Numbered from the stretch's first letter, positions 9,882 through 19,837 are shown. The stretch is 64,000 nucleotides of DNA from Verrucomicrobiia bacterium (GCA_026646655.1 JAPKHT010000008.1:8426-72425); one strand, 5' to 3'. Made by a program: numbers and translations. Notes: generated by a model from the letters alone, not told the origin.

Positions 9882-11837
9882 ATGTGCGGCATCGCGGGCA
9901 TCTGGTTTCGGGACGGCCGTCCGGTGGAGGAGGGGCCGCTGCGCGGCATGAACGCGATGCTGGCCCACCGCGGGCCGGACGGCGATCGCGTCCTTGCGGA
10001 GGGGCCGGTGGGCTTTGGGCACCGCCGGCTCGGCATCCTCGATCTGTCGCGGAACGGGGATCAACCGATGGCTTCGGGGGATGGTCGGTTCTGGGTGACA
10101 TTCAACGGCGAGATCCACAACTATGTGGAATTGCGCTACGCGTTGGTCGCGCTGGGGCGCCGCTTTCGATCGACGGGGGATAGCGAGGTCATCCTCGGCG
10201 CCTTCGAGGAATGGGGCAGCGGCTGTTTTGCCCGCTTCAACGGGATGTGGGCGATCGCGATCTGGGACCGCCGGGACCGGGAACTGACGCTGTGCCGGGA
10301 CCGGTTCGGGATCAAGCCGCTCTGCTACAGCGCGCGCGGTGCGCGGATCGCGTTTGCCTCGGAACCCAAGGCCATCCTCCGGGCGTTTCCCGAGGAGCGC
10401 GAGGCCGACATGGACGAGGTCCACGCCTTCGTGCTGGGCGTGAGCCCCGATCGCGGCACCGCCACGTTCTTTCGGAACATACGCTCCGTTCCGCCCGGGA
10501 AATATCTGGTGTTTTGCGAGGGGGGCGCCGTCCGCGAAGCGGGCTACTGGGATTTCGAGCCGGGGCGCGAGGAGCCCGACGCGCGGGCGGAGGAGAAGTT
10601 CCGGCACCTGCTGACCGACTCGGTGCGGCTCCGGTTGCGCAGCGATGTGCCGGTCGCCGCGCTGCTCAGCGGGGGGCTCGATTCGTCGGCGGTGACCCGC
10701 CTCGCGGCCGGCATGGCGAACGAGCCGATCCAATGCTTCTCGCTCCGCCTGCGCGAGGCGGATCACGACGAGAGCCGGTTCTCGGCCATGGCGGCGGACG
10801 ACCCGGCGCGATTCCGCATCCACTGGGTCGAGCCCGGGCCCGGAGGCATGCCCGAGACGATGCGCGGGATCACCTGGCACCACGATGCGCCCATGCCGAT
10901 GCGCGGGCGGTGTGGCATGTGGGCCCTGTACGGCGCGGTGCGGGAACGCGCCAAGGTCGCGCTGATCGGCGAGGGCGGCGACGAGATGCTGGCGGGGTAT
11001 GACCGATTCCTGTTCCCCCACCTCCTGGACCAATGGCGGGACCGGGGCCTGGCGCGCGCGCTATCGCCGCGCGGGCTCCGGGAGGCGGTCGCGCTGACGG
11101 GACTCGACCCGGGCCCATGGTGGTTCACGTGGCCCAGCGTTTCGTTCATGCCCCTGGCCCTGGGCGCGGGGCTTGAAATGGGTTTCGCGCACCGATTCGT
11201 GCATCCCGATTTCCGGCGCGGGCGCCGTCCCATCGAGTGGGACGGTGTGCTCAACGCCTGGTTGCGGCGCGACGTGCCAAGGCCTTTCCGGAGCCACCTC
11301 AACAACGCGCTCTGGCTCGAGTTTCGGACCGCCGGATTGCCCGAACTCCTGCACGCCGCCGATGCGATGAGCATGGCCTTCTCCGTGGAGGCGCGACCCC
11401 CGTTCCTCGACCACCGCCTGGTCGAGTTCTGCTTTTCCCTGCCGCATGACGAGAAGATCCGCGATGGCTGGACCAAGAGCCTCCTGCGGCGGAGCACGGA
11501 CGGCATCCTCCCCGAGGCCATCCGGTGGCGGCGGGACAAGAAGGGGATGCCCACGCCCAACTCCGCGTGGATGCGGAGGGACGAGAACCTGGGCGCCTTC
11601 CGCGATCTCCTCGGCGAGCCGCGGACCCTCGGACGAGGGATTTTCGAGCCGCGCCAGTTGGCGGGCGTCTGCGACGATTTCCTGCGCGGGCGCCCCGGCT
11701 CGATCCTGCCCTACGACCGACTCCTGTGGCACTTCGTCACGCTGGAGATGTGGTTCCGCATGTTCATCGACGCCCCGGTCGCGCCGGAGGGCGCGGGAAT
11801 ACACCCCGTCGCGCCGAAAACGCACGCGGCGATTTGA
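9882..11837 (+). CDS. asnB: Asparagine synthase (glutamine-hydrolysing)
   Basis: N-terminal MCGIAG(IWF) Cys nucleophile, glutamine amidotransferase class II domain plus asparagine synthase domain (SGGLDSS PP-loop). The ATG at 9882 places Cys at position 2. Confidence 0.85.
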   Translation: MCGIAGIWFRDGRPVEEGPLRGMNAMLAHRGPDGDRVLAEGPVGFGHRRLGILDLSRNGDQPMASGDGRFWVTFNGEIHNYVELRYALVALGRRFRSTGDSEVILGAFEEWGSGCFARFNGMWAIAIWDRRDRELTLCRDRFGIKPLCYSARGARIAFASEPKAILRAFPEEREADMDEVHAFVLGVSPDRGTATFFRNIRSVPPGKYLVFCEGGAVREAGYWDFEPGREEPDARAEEKFRHLLTDSVRLRLRSDVPVAALLSGGLDSSAVTRLAAGMANEPIQCFSLRLREADHDESRFSAMAADDPARFRIHWVEPGPGGMPETMRGITWHHDAPMPMRGRCGMWALYGAVRERAKVALIGEGGDEMLAGYDRFLFPHLLDQWRDRGLARALSPRGLREAVALTGLDPGPWWFTWPSVSFMPLALGAGLEMGFAHRFVHPDFRRGRRPIEWDGVLNAWLRRDVPRPFRSHLNNALWLEFRTAGLPELLHAADAMSMAFSVEARPPFLDHRLVEFCFSLPHDEKIRDGWTKSLLRRSTDGILPEAIRWRRDKKGMPTPNSAWMRRDENLGAFRDLLGEPRTLGRGIFEPRQLAGVCDDFLRGRPGSILPYDRLLWHFVTLEMWFRMFIDAPVAPEGAGIHPVAPKTHAAI

Positions 11838-11860
11838 TCTCGATGACGGCGGTCCTCGGC

Positions 11861-12730
11861 CTATGAGCGGCGCCTGGCGCGCCATCCGAGGGCACCCAGC
11901 AGCGCCAGCGCCATGGCGGCCCATGTGCCGGGCTCCGGGATCACCGAGGACCACGTGCCGCCGAAACGGATCTCGTCCACGAACGGATCATTGGCCCCCT
12001 GAAAATCGCCGAACGATATCCGGTCGAATGAGAAATCGCCGGCGCCCAGCAGGCTGGCCGTGGCGAGCGTGGGTTCGGCCAGCAGGTTCGTGGGATCCAG
12101 GTAGCCGTAAACGCTGTCGTCGCCCGAGTTGAAAACGAACTTGAGCACGATGAAGTGCGTGTTGGTGTCGACCGGGCCCGACGTCAACTGCGCGATGCTG
12201 TCGACCCTGTCGTAGATGGCGAGCCGGTTCTGTTGGTCCGTCTGGATCTGGAAGACCATGTTGCCATCGGCGTCCCCGTCCCGCTGGAGCGTGAGCGGGC
12301 TGGAGTACTGGCCGTTGGTGTTGACATACTTGAACAGGAGGCTCGCGTAGAGGGTCTCGCCATCGGCGCCGATATTGCCGGCGCTATCCAGGTAGCCATT
12401 GAGTCCGAATAGCCCGCCCGCGTTGGTGTCCATGGTGCGCCCGGTATTGCCCCCGAGAATCTGGACCTTGTTTCCGGTGACATCCACGCCGCGCCCATTC
12501 AGGTCGGTGTATGAAAGGCTATTGGTGACCACGGCGGTGTCGTTGCCCGACACGAATTCCCGCCAGTTGTTGGTGAAACCGTAGCCGGTCGCCGTGTTGT
12601 TGATGAGCGTCAGGTTCGTGGGATAGTCGAAGCCCTCGTGCGCGAGCGATTGCGCCCGCCCGGGCGATGCCCCAGCCCACAGCAGATGCAGCACGACCGC
12701 AGACACAATGATGGCACTTGTCTGTTTCAT
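11861..12730 (-). CDS. PEP-CTERM sorting-domain secreted protein
   Basis: Signal peptide MKQTSAIIVSAVVLHLLWAGASPGRAQS. The C-terminus VIPEPGTWAAMALALLGALGWRARRRS is a PEP-CTERM anchor (PEP motif, TM helix, Arg cluster). A strong SD GGAGGAGG lies 5 nt upstream of the ATG at 12728-12730. GC is lower than in neighbouring genes. Confidence 0.75.
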   Translation of the reverse strand: MKQTSAIIVSAVVLHLLWAGASPGRAQSLAHEGFDYPTNLTLINNTATGYGFTNNWREFVSGNDTAVVTNSLSYTDLNGRGVDVTGNKVQILGGNTGRTMDTNAGGLFGLNGYLDSAGNIGADGETLYASLLFKYVNTNGQYSSPLTLQRDGDADGNMVFQIQTDQQNRLAIYDRVDSIAQLTSGPVDTNTHFIVLKFVFNSGDDSVYGYLDPTNLLAEPTLATASLLGAGDFSFDRISFGDFQGANDPFVDEIRFGGTWSSVIPEPGTWAAMALALLGALGWRARRRS

Positions 12731-12735
12731 CACGA

Positions 12736-12743
12736 CCTCCTCC
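12736..12743 (-). promoter_or_regulatory. Ribosome-binding site (GGAGGAGG) for the PEP-CTERM gene
   Basis: The minus strand reads ggaggaggtcgtgATGaaacag. Confidence 0.5.
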
Positions 12744-12744
12744 A

Positions 12745-12845
12745 ATGGATGTGCATTTTGAGCCAAAAAATGGGGCGCGAACAAGACCGCATGCACCCGC
12801 CCGGCAAACTATTAGCCGAGCTCTGTTAGGTCATTAAAACCTAAT
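12745..12845 (-). terminator. Putative terminator region after the DUF1553-DUF1501 operon: an AT-rich hairpin (ttaggt-cattaaa-acctaa) plus a GC stem followed by a T6 tract
   Basis: On the minus strand, ccgGGCGggtgcatgcggtcttgttCGCCCcatttttt lies downstream of the DUF1501 stop codon. The AT-rich inverted repeat is at 12826-12844 in an otherwise GC-rich genome. Confidence 0.35.
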
Positions 12846-12869
12846 TTAGATCCCGACGATGTGCCGGTC

Positions 12870-14351
12870 TCACGCGACGAGGCCGCGGATGACGTGGGCC
12901 TTCTGGACGCCGGTGAGTTTCTGGTTGAGGCCCTGGAAGGGGACGATGAGGCGCTCGTGGTCGATGCCGAGGAGGTGGAGCAGGGTGGCGTGGAGGTCGC
13001 GGACGTGGACGGGGTCTTTGGCGACGGAGAAACCGACGGGGTCGGTCTCGCCGTGGGAGGTGCCGGCGCGGGTGCCGCCGCCGGCCAGCCAGACCGTGAA
13101 GGCGTCCTTGTGGTGGTCACGGCCGAAGAAGGGTTTGTCGACGCCGGCGCGCAGCTCGCGCATGGGGGTGCGCCCGAACTCGCCCCCCCAGACGACGAGG
13201 GTGTCCTCGAGCATGCCGCGCTGCTTGAGGTCGATGAGCAGGGCGGTCATGGCCTGGTCGACGTCGAGGCACTTCTGCTTGAGGCCGACATCGACGGAGC
13301 CGTCCTCGGAGGTGCCGTGGTGGTCCCAGTTCCAGTCGAACAGTTGGATATATCGGACGCCGCGCTCGGCCAGGCGGCGGGCGAGGAGGCAGTTGTTGGC
13401 GAAGGATTCCCTGCCGGGGCGGGTGCCATAGAGGCGGTGGATGTGCTCGGGCTCGCTTGAGATGTCCATGGCCTCGTGGGCGTGGAGCTGCATGCGGTGG
13501 GCCATCTCGAACTGGGCGATGCGGGTCATCGTTTCCGGGTCGCCGATCTCCTCGTAGAGCCTGCGGTTGATCTCTTCGATGGCCGAGAGGGCGCGGCGCC
13601 GGACGTCGTGGGTGACGCCCTTCGGGTTGGAGAGATAGAGGACGGGGTCGCCCTCGGAGCGACACTGGACGCCCTGGTACACGGAGGGCAGGAAGCCGGC
13701 GCCCCAGGCGGCCTTGCCGGCATCCGGCTGGCTGCCGCCGGAGATGAGCACGACGAAGCCGGGGAGGTTCTGGTTCTCGGTGCCGAGGCCGTAGGTGACC
13801 CACGAGCCGATCGAGGCATAGCCGAGGTTGGCGTTGCCGGTGTGGAGCAGCAGCTGTGCCGGGGCGTGGTTGAACTGGTCGGTCTGCATCGACTTGACGA
13901 GGCAGACGTCGTCGATGACCTTCCGGAAATTGGCCAGGAGGTCGGACACCATCGTGCCGCTGGCGCCGGAGGGGGAGAACCTGTGGCGCGGGCCGAGCAT
14001 GGCGGGCACCCCGGTGATGAACGCGAAACGCTGGCCCTCGAGATATTCCTTCGGGCACGGCTTCCCGTCGAGGCGCGCCAGCTCCGGCTTGTGGTCGAAG
14101 AGATCCAGCTGGCTCGGCGCGCCCGACATGTGGAGGTAGATGACCCGCCGGGCGCGCGGGGGGGCGTGCGGGGAGAACTGCTCCATGGGCCTGGCGAGGT
14201 CGCGCGCGGGCGCCGCGGGCGCTGATGCGCGGGCCTTGCCCAGCGCCTCCGCCAGCCACAGCGCGCCGAGTCCCGTGGCGCAGTCCCGCAGGAAATGGCG
14301 GCGCGTCGCCAGGCCGACGTATTCCCGCGCCAGGTGCCCGCTCGCGCTCAT
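12870..14351 (-). CDS. DUF1501 family protein with a twin-arginine signal, partner of PSD/DUF1553 proteins
   Basis: It starts MSASGHLAREYVGLATRRHFLRDCATGLGALWLAEALG (a Tat-like RRxFL motif) and continues with a conserved DUF1501 core of about 490 aa. Its ATG at 14349-14351 overlaps the upstream gene's TGA as ATGA. The longer ORF-track N-terminal extension to 14795 is Arg-rich junk. Confidence 0.8.
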   Translation of the reverse strand: MSASGHLAREYVGLATRRHFLRDCATGLGALWLAEALGKARASAPAAPARDLARPMEQFSPHAPPRARRVIYLHMSGAPSQLDLFDHKPELARLDGKPCPKEYLEGQRFAFITGVPAMLGPRHRFSPSGASGTMVSDLLANFRKVIDDVCLVKSMQTDQFNHAPAQLLLHTGNANLGYASIGSWVTYGLGTENQNLPGFVVLISGGSQPDAGKAAWGAGFLPSVYQGVQCRSEGDPVLYLSNPKGVTHDVRRRALSAIEEINRRLYEEIGDPETMTRIAQFEMAHRMQLHAHEAMDISSEPEHIHRLYGTRPGRESFANNCLLARRLAERGVRYIQLFDWNWDHHGTSEDGSVDVGLKQKCLDVDQAMTALLIDLKQRGMLEDTLVVWGGEFGRTPMRELRAGVDKPFFGRDHHKDAFTVWLAGGGTRAGTSHGETDPVGFSVAKDPVHVRDLHATLLHLLGIDHERLIVPFQGLNQKLTGVQKAHVIRGLVA

Positions 14352-17296
14352 CGCGTCATGACCCGGTCGAGATTGAGGATGGCGCCGGCGACGACGACCA
14401 TGGCGGCTTGCTCGGGCGGGATGGGCGCGGCGGCGTCCTTGGAGAGGTTGCGGTACATGGCGGCGGTATCCTGGTACAGGGACGCGAGCGACTCGACGTC
14501 GGCCGGCTCCGCCAATTCCAGGGTGGCGAGGCGCAGCCCCTCGGCGATCGCCTCCTTCGGGGGGCGGTCGGGGGAGGCCGCCATGCGTTTGGCCAACGAC
14601 TGCGCGCACTCGAGGTAGACGGGGTCGTTGAGCGTCACCAGGGCCTGGAGCGGGGTGTTGGTGGGGATGCGGCGCATCGAGCAGACCTCGCGCAGCGGCG
14701 CGTCGAAGGTGACGAAGCTCGGGTAGGGCGAGAGGCGCTTCCAGTACGTGTACACCGCGCGGCGGAAGCGGTCCTCGCCCTTGGATTCGACCCATTTCGC
14801 GTTGCTGCGGGCGCTGCGCCAGACCCCCTCGGGCTGCGGCGGCATGACCGGGGGCCCGTACATCTTCGCGCTGAGCAGTCCGGCGACCGCCAGGGACTGG
14901 TCGCGCACCATCTCCGCGGTCAGGCGCTGCCGCGGCCCTCGGCTGAGGAATCTATTCCGCGGGTCTTTCTCGCGCTTCTCGGGCGTCGCGACCGCATCCT
15001 GGCGATACGTGGCAGAGAGCACGATCTCGCGCATCAGCGCCTTCGTGTCCCACTTCAGATCGACCGCGAACCGGCGCGCCAGATGATCGAGCAACTCGGG
15101 ATGGCTGGGCGGCGTGCCCGGGCTCCCGAAATCCTCGAGCGTCTCGACGATGCCGAGGCCGAAGAGCTGTTCCCAGATGCGGTTGGCGGCGACGCGAGCG
15201 GTGAGCGGGTTCGCGGGGTCCGCGATCCAGCGGGCGAGGCCGAGGCGGTTGGGCGGCGCGTTGGTCGGGAACGCGTGGAGGATGGACGGCACGCCGGCCC
15301 GGACGGCATCGCCACGGTCCAGCCAATTGCCGCGGCGAAAGACGCGTGTCTCGCGCGCGAGCGCCGCCGGCAATTCCCGCATGACGGGCACCCGTGTCGC
15401 AGGGATCTTCTTGATCTCCTCCAGCAGCCGGGACCTTTCCGTCAGGGCCGCCGCGGCGCGCTGGCGCAGCTGCTGCTCGTTCCACCGGGGATCGGAATCG
15501 ACGCGGATCGTGAAACGCCGGAGGATGGGCTGCTGCGCGCCATCGTGGCCGAACTTGTGGTGGATCCGGAAAACGAGCTGCTCCTTGGGCTTCAGCTCGA
15601 TCGGCGCCGCGGGGAGGAACACGGCCCAGCGCGGGTGGGTCTGCTTCGGGTAGCAACCCCAGCCCTCCTTGGACTTGGGGTCGAGCGAGTCCATAGGCCA
15701 GAGCGGGTCTCCCGCGACATCCGAGACCGCGAGCGCCATGGGCTGCGGCGTCTCCTTCCCGCGGGGATCGCGCACCGCGCACTCGAGATACGAGACGACG
15801 AAGGGGTCGCCCGGCGATGCGGCGGACTTGCCCTCTTGCATCAGGGCGTCGATGCGCACCGCGTCCACCCGGCGCACCGGCGATGCGCCCGCCACGGTGT
15901 GCACGCTGCCCGCCGGGGTGTCGGCACCCGTGGCGAGCATCCTCTTGCCCGGGCCGAGTTCCCGTACGAGCAACCGCGTCTTGTCGGTGGAGCCCGCCTC
16001 CCGATAGTCGAGGTCCCGCCACTCCGCGCGCGCCGCGAGCGCCTGGAATGGCGACATAAAATCCGCCTCCGTCCTGGAGAGCGCCTCCTCCAGCTGGAAT
16101 AGCTCCAGACGCCGCTTGTCGTCGAGGGCGACCCCCCGCATCGGGTGGTGGTCGCGGGTGTCGTGGTCGGCGGTGCTGTTGAAAAAGGCCATGAACCGGT
16201 AGTAGTCCTCGTGGGGGAATGGGTCGTAGGGGTGCGAGTGGCACTGCACGCAGCCGAAGGTCGTGCCCATGAAAGCCTGCCACGTCGTGTTCACCCGATC
16301 GATGACGGCCGCGACGCGGTACTCCTCGTCGTCGGTGCCGCCCTCGACATTGGTCTTCGTGTTCCGGTGGAACGCGGTCGCGATCCAGGCGTCGGGCCCC
16401 GCATTGGGCAGGAGGTCGCCGGCGAGCTGCGCCTGCACGAACTGGTCGTAGGGGAGGTTGGCGTTGAAGGCGCGGATGACCCAGTCCCGGTAGGCCCAGA
16501 TGTCGCGGTGCGAGTCCTTCTCGAAACCGTCGGTGTCGGCGTAGCGCGCGAGGTCGAGCCACATCGAGGCCCAGCGTTCGCCAAAGCGCGGCGAGGCCAG
16601 CAGCCGATCCACCGCCCTCGCGTAGGCGTCCGCGGAACCATCCTTCTCGAACGCCCGCGCCTCCTCGGGCGTCGGCGGCAGGCCGGTGAGGTCCAGCGAG
16701 ACGCGGCGCAACAACCGCGCCCGCGGCGCCTGGGCCGCGGGTTTCAGTCCCATCGCCTCCAGCCGCGCCAGCACGAAACGGTCGATGTCGTTCTGGCACC
16801 AGGCGCGATCGCTCACCGCCGGAAGTTCCGGGCGCCTCGGCGGCGCGAACGCCCAGTGTTCTGCCCACGGGGCGCCTTCCTGGATCCAGCGCTCCAGCAG
16901 CGCGACCTGCTCCGGCCCCAGCGCCTTGCCGTGATCCGGCGGCGGCATCCGCACGTCCGGATCGGTCGATCGGACCCGCGCCAGCAGTTCCGAACGGGAC
17001 GGATCCCCGGGCACGATCGCCGCGCGCCCCGACTTCTGCGTCGCCAGCGCCCGTTCCCGGTAGACGAACGACAGGCCCCCCGCCTGCTTCACGCCGCCGT
17101 GGCACGATGTGCAGTTACCGTTCAGGATCGGGCGCACGCCCGCGTTGAAATCGACCGCCGAGGGCGCCGTGGCCCCCGCGGCCTCGCGCCGGGCCTCGCC
17201 CTCCGCCGCCTTGCGCGAGCAGCCGCCCGCGCAGAGCGCCGCGGCCAGCCCTACGAGAGTCCACCCGCGCGCCATCATCCTCGCCCCAGAATCCAT
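14348..17296 (-). CDS. Planctomycete-type cytochrome-c domain protein (PSCyt1 + DUF1549 + DUF1553/PSD1)
   Basis: The N-terminal lipoprotein-like signal is followed by a CxxCH haem motif (NGNCTSCHGG), then DUF1549-like and DUF1553-like regions. It is 4-nt (ATGA) coupled to the downstream DUF1501 gene, the classic conserved pairing. Confidence 0.8.
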   Translation of the reverse strand: MDSGARMMARGWTLVGLAAALCAGGCSRKAAEGEARREAAGATAPSAVDFNAGVRPILNGNCTSCHGGVKQAGGLSFVYRERALATQKSGRAAIVPGDPSRSELLARVRSTDPDVRMPPPDHGKALGPEQVALLERWIQEGAPWAEHWAFAPPRRPELPAVSDRAWCQNDIDRFVLARLEAMGLKPAAQAPRARLLRRVSLDLTGLPPTPEEARAFEKDGSADAYARAVDRLLASPRFGERWASMWLDLARYADTDGFEKDSHRDIWAYRDWVIRAFNANLPYDQFVQAQLAGDLLPNAGPDAWIATAFHRNTKTNVEGGTDDEEYRVAAVIDRVNTTWQAFMGTTFGCVQCHSHPYDPFPHEDYYRFMAFFNSTADHDTRDHHPMRGVALDDKRRLELFQLEEALSRTEADFMSPFQALAARAEWRDLDYREAGSTDKTRLLVRELGPGKRMLATGADTPAGSVHTVAGASPVRRVDAVRIDALMQEGKSAASPGDPFVVSYLECAVRDPRGKETPQPMALAVSDVAGDPLWPMDSLDPKSKEGWGCYPKQTHPRWAVFLPAAPIELKPKEQLVFRIHHKFGHDGAQQPILRRFTIRVDSDPRWNEQQLRQRAAAALTERSRLLEEIKKIPATRVPVMRELPAALARETRVFRRGNWLDRGDAVRAGVPSILHAFPTNAPPNRLGLARWIADPANPLTARVAANRIWEQLFGLGIVETLEDFGSPGTPPSHPELLDHLARRFAVDLKWDTKALMREIVLSATYRQDAVATPEKREKDPRNRFLSRGPRQRLTAEMVRDQSLAVAGLLSAKMYGPPVMPPQPEGVWRSARSNAKWVESKGEDRFRRAVYTYWKRLSPYPSFVTFDAPLREVCSMRRIPTNTPLQALVTLNDPVYLECAQSLAKRMAASPDRPPKEAIAEGLRLATLELAEPADVESLASLYQDTAAMYRNLSKDAAAPIPPEQAAMVVVAGAILNLDRVMTR

Positions 17297-17410
17297 GATC
17301 GCTTATACGACAGCGGGACACTCTAATGCACAGCGCCCACTTTGCCAACCCGGAGGGCGGGCGAAGGGCGGGGCGGCAATTTTCTTCTCGCCTACGGGCC
17401 CTGCGCCGAT

Positions 17411-18643
17411 ATGCGTAGGCGCGCGATGAGACTCCGGGCCCTGCAGGGATTGCGACCGACGCCCGCGACCGCCCCGGCGGTGGCCGCGGTGCCCTATGAC
17501 GTGGTGGACACCGAGGAGGCCCGCGCGCTGGCGGAGGGCAATCCCCTGAGCCTGCTGCACGTCACGCGGGCCGAGATCGATTTCCCGGAAGGGACCGACC
17601 CGCACTCCGACGCCGTCTACCGCCGCGCGTCCGAGAATCTGCATCGCCTCGAGCGCGAGGGCGCGCTCATCCGCGAGAAGGGCCCGTGCCTCTACCTCTA
17701 TCGGCTCACGATGGGCCCGCACCAGCAGACGGGGCTCGCCGGGCTCTTCCACATCGATGACTACGCCTCCGACGTCATCCGCAAGCACGAGAGGACGCGG
17801 CGCGACAAGGAGGACGACCGCACGCGGACGGCGCACGAGCTCAATGCCCACGTCGAGCCGGTGTTCCTGGCCTACCGCGACGATCCGGCGATCGACCGGC
17901 TCGTGCAATGGGCGCAGGCCGCCGCGCCGCTCTTCGATCTGGTGGCCCCGGATGGCGTGCGCCACACGCTGTGGCGCGTGGCCGGCGTGGACACCTTCAT
18001 CGGCGCCTTCGGCAAAGTCCCCGTGGCCTACGTCGCCGACGGGCACCACCGGAGCGCCAGCGCCGCGCGCGTCGGCCAGGAGCGCCGGTCGGCCAACCCG
18101 CGGCACACGGGCGAGGAGCCGTACAACTGGTTCCCGGCGGTGATCTTCCCCGCCTCGCAGCTCCGCATCCTCGCCTACAACCGCCGGGTGCTCGACCTCA
18201 ATGGCCACTCCGCGGCGGCGTTCCTCGATGCGCTGCGCGAGGTCGCCCCCGTCACGGCGGGTGCGCCGCCCGAACCCCGCGGGCCCGGCGAGGTATCGAT
18301 GTATCTCGGGGAGACATGGTATTCCGTCGCTCTCCCCGGGCCCGCCTCCGATGATCCCGTCGCCCGACTCGATGTCTCCGTCCTCCAGGACCGCATCCTA
18401 GGCCCGGTCCTCGGCATCGATGACCCGCGCACCAGCCAGCGCATCGAGTTCATCGGGGGGATCCGCGGCACCGGCGAACTGGAGGCGCGGGTCCGCGCGC
18501 ACGGGGGCGTCGCCTTCTCGATGGCTCCGGTCACCATGGCCCAGCTCATGTCTGTGGCGGACGCGGGGCGCATCCTCCCGCCGAAGAGCACATGGTTTGA
18601 GCCCAAGCTCCGCTCGGGCTTCTTCATCCACGCGCTGGATTGA
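17411..18643 (+). CDS. DUF1015 family protein
   Basis: About 410 aa with the conserved ADGHHR motif and overall DUF1015 architecture. The start is uncertain between M17411 and M17426. Confidence 0.6.
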   Translation: MRRRAMRLRALQGLRPTPATAPAVAAVPYDVVDTEEARALAEGNPLSLLHVTRAEIDFPEGTDPHSDAVYRRASENLHRLEREGALIREKGPCLYLYRLTMGPHQQTGLAGLFHIDDYASDVIRKHERTRRDKEDDRTRTAHELNAHVEPVFLAYRDDPAIDRLVQWAQAAAPLFDLVAPDGVRHTLWRVAGVDTFIGAFGKVPVAYVADGHHRSASAARVGQERRSANPRHTGEEPYNWFPAVIFPASQLRILAYNRRVLDLNGHSAAAFLDALREVAPVTAGAPPEPRGPGEVSMYLGETWYSVALPGPASDDPVARLDVSVLQDRILGPVLGIDDPRTSQRIEFIGGIRGTGELEARVRAHGGVAFSMAPVTMAQLMSVADAGRILPPKSTWFEPKLRSGFFIHALD

Positions 18644-18720
18644 CTCGAATATTGCCGCGCCACCCCCCGCAGCCGAACGCGCGAGCGTTTGGCCAAAGCC
18701 TCGCGGCTTCGGCCACTTCT
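18641..18720. repeat. REP-like intergenic repeat, copy 1 (~75 nt, GNRA-loop hairpin ccgaacgc-GCGA-gcgtttgg)
   Basis: Sequence TGACTCGAATATTGCCGCGCCACCCCCCGCAGCCGAACGCGCGAGCGTTTGGCCAAAGCCTCGCGGCTTCGG. It is about 80% identical to the copy at 21816-21895 and begins at a TGA stop codon. Confidence 0.5.
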
Positions 18721-18754
18721 TTTGCCCCGGTGGTCCCTCGCCCCGAGCCGCGTA

Positions 18755-19837
18755 TCAGATCGGCCCCGGCGGGGGATGCGCGGTCTCCGCCTCGATGCGG
18801 GCCTTTTCGGCGGGCCACTTGGCGAGGAGGACCGCGACCCAGCGCAAGTCGTCGGTATTCTCCAGCGCGATCTTCAGGATCATGGTCAGCGGCACCGAGA
18901 GCAGCATTCCCATCGGGCCCCAGACCCAGCCCCAGAACACCAGCGACAGGATCACCACCAGCGTCGAGATGCCAAACTGGCGCCCCTGCAAGGTGGGCTC
19001 GATGATGTTGCCCAGGGCCACGTTGATCCCGATGTAACCGAGCATCACCAGGAACGCCTGGCCCGGGCCGCCGAACAGCCCGAGGATGATGGGCGGTATC
19101 GCGGCCAGGATGGACCCGATCGTCGGGATGTAGTTCAGCGCGAAGGCCACGATGCCCCACAGGATGGGAAAATCGACGCCGAGCAGGGCCGTCCACAGCC
19201 CCGCCAGGATGCCCGTCACGAGGCTCACGCCCGTCTTGATCCCGAGGTACTGCTGCACCTCGCCAACGATCTTCCGAAAGCGGCCCAGGTCGGCTTTCTC
19301 GCCGAGCAGGAAGCGCAGCTTCTCCGGGAAACCGGATGCCTCGGCCAGCATGAACACCATGATCAGCAGGACGAGGAACGTGCTGGAGAGCACGGAGGCC
19401 AGGCGGGCCACGGTGCCCTGCGCCAGGTCGATCACGGCGCCCGGGTCGATCAGGGAGAGCGGCACCTCCTTGGCCATCGGAACGCCCCGGTCGACCAGCC
19501 ACTGCACCCCGTCCCGGATCAAACCCTCCATCTGCTTCCGGTACTTCGGGACGGCTGCCTGGAATTGGCTCAGCGACTCGGTCGCCAGAAAGATGACCAC
19601 GCTGAGGACGGCGACGATGGCCAGCACCGACAGCAGCACGGCGACGGGGCGCGGCACGCCGCGCCTCTGCATGCCCAGCATCATCGGCACGCTCAGGATC
19701 GCCAGAAACAGCGCCAGCGAGAAAGGCAGCAGCACCGGGGACGCCATCTTCAGGCCGTGCACCACCACGACCAGGCACGCCGCCACGAAGAGGAATCGCG
19801 CCCCCGCCTTGCTGCTGCCGCCCAGCACGGGGTTCAT
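18755..19837 (-). CDS. AI-2E family transporter (PerM/TqsA-like permease)
   Basis: Multiple TM helices and a conserved AI-2E core (ALNYIPTIGSILAAIPPIIL ... GRQFGISTLVVILSLVFWGWVWGPMGMLLSVPLT). The ATG at 19835-19837 (MNPVLGG...) is preferred over the Arg/Pro-rich upstream extension. Confidence 0.75.
   Translation of the reverse strand: MNPVLGGSSKAGARFLFVAACLVVVVHGLKMASPVLLPFSLALFLAILSVPMMLGMQRRGVPRPVAVLLSVLAIVAVLSVVIFLATESLSQFQAAVPKYRKQMEGLIRDGVQWLVDRGVPMAKEVPLSLIDPGAVIDLAQGTVARLASVLSSTFLVLLIMVFMLAEASGFPEKLRFLLGEKADLGRFRKIVGEVQQYLGIKTGVSLVTGILAGLWTALLGVDFPILWGIVAFALNYIPTIGSILAAIPPIILGLFGGPGQAFLVMLGYIGINVALGNIIEPTLQGRQFGISTLVVILSLVFWGWVWGPMGMLLSVPLTMILKIALENTDDLRWVAVLLAKWPAEKARIEAETAHPPPGPI

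Noticed and set aside
14352-14795. N-terminal 148-aa extension of the DUF1501 ORF
   Set aside because: It is Arg/Pro-rich junk. The Tat-signal-containing start MSASGHL forms an ATGA overlap with the upstream gene's stop, which is the conserved arrangement.
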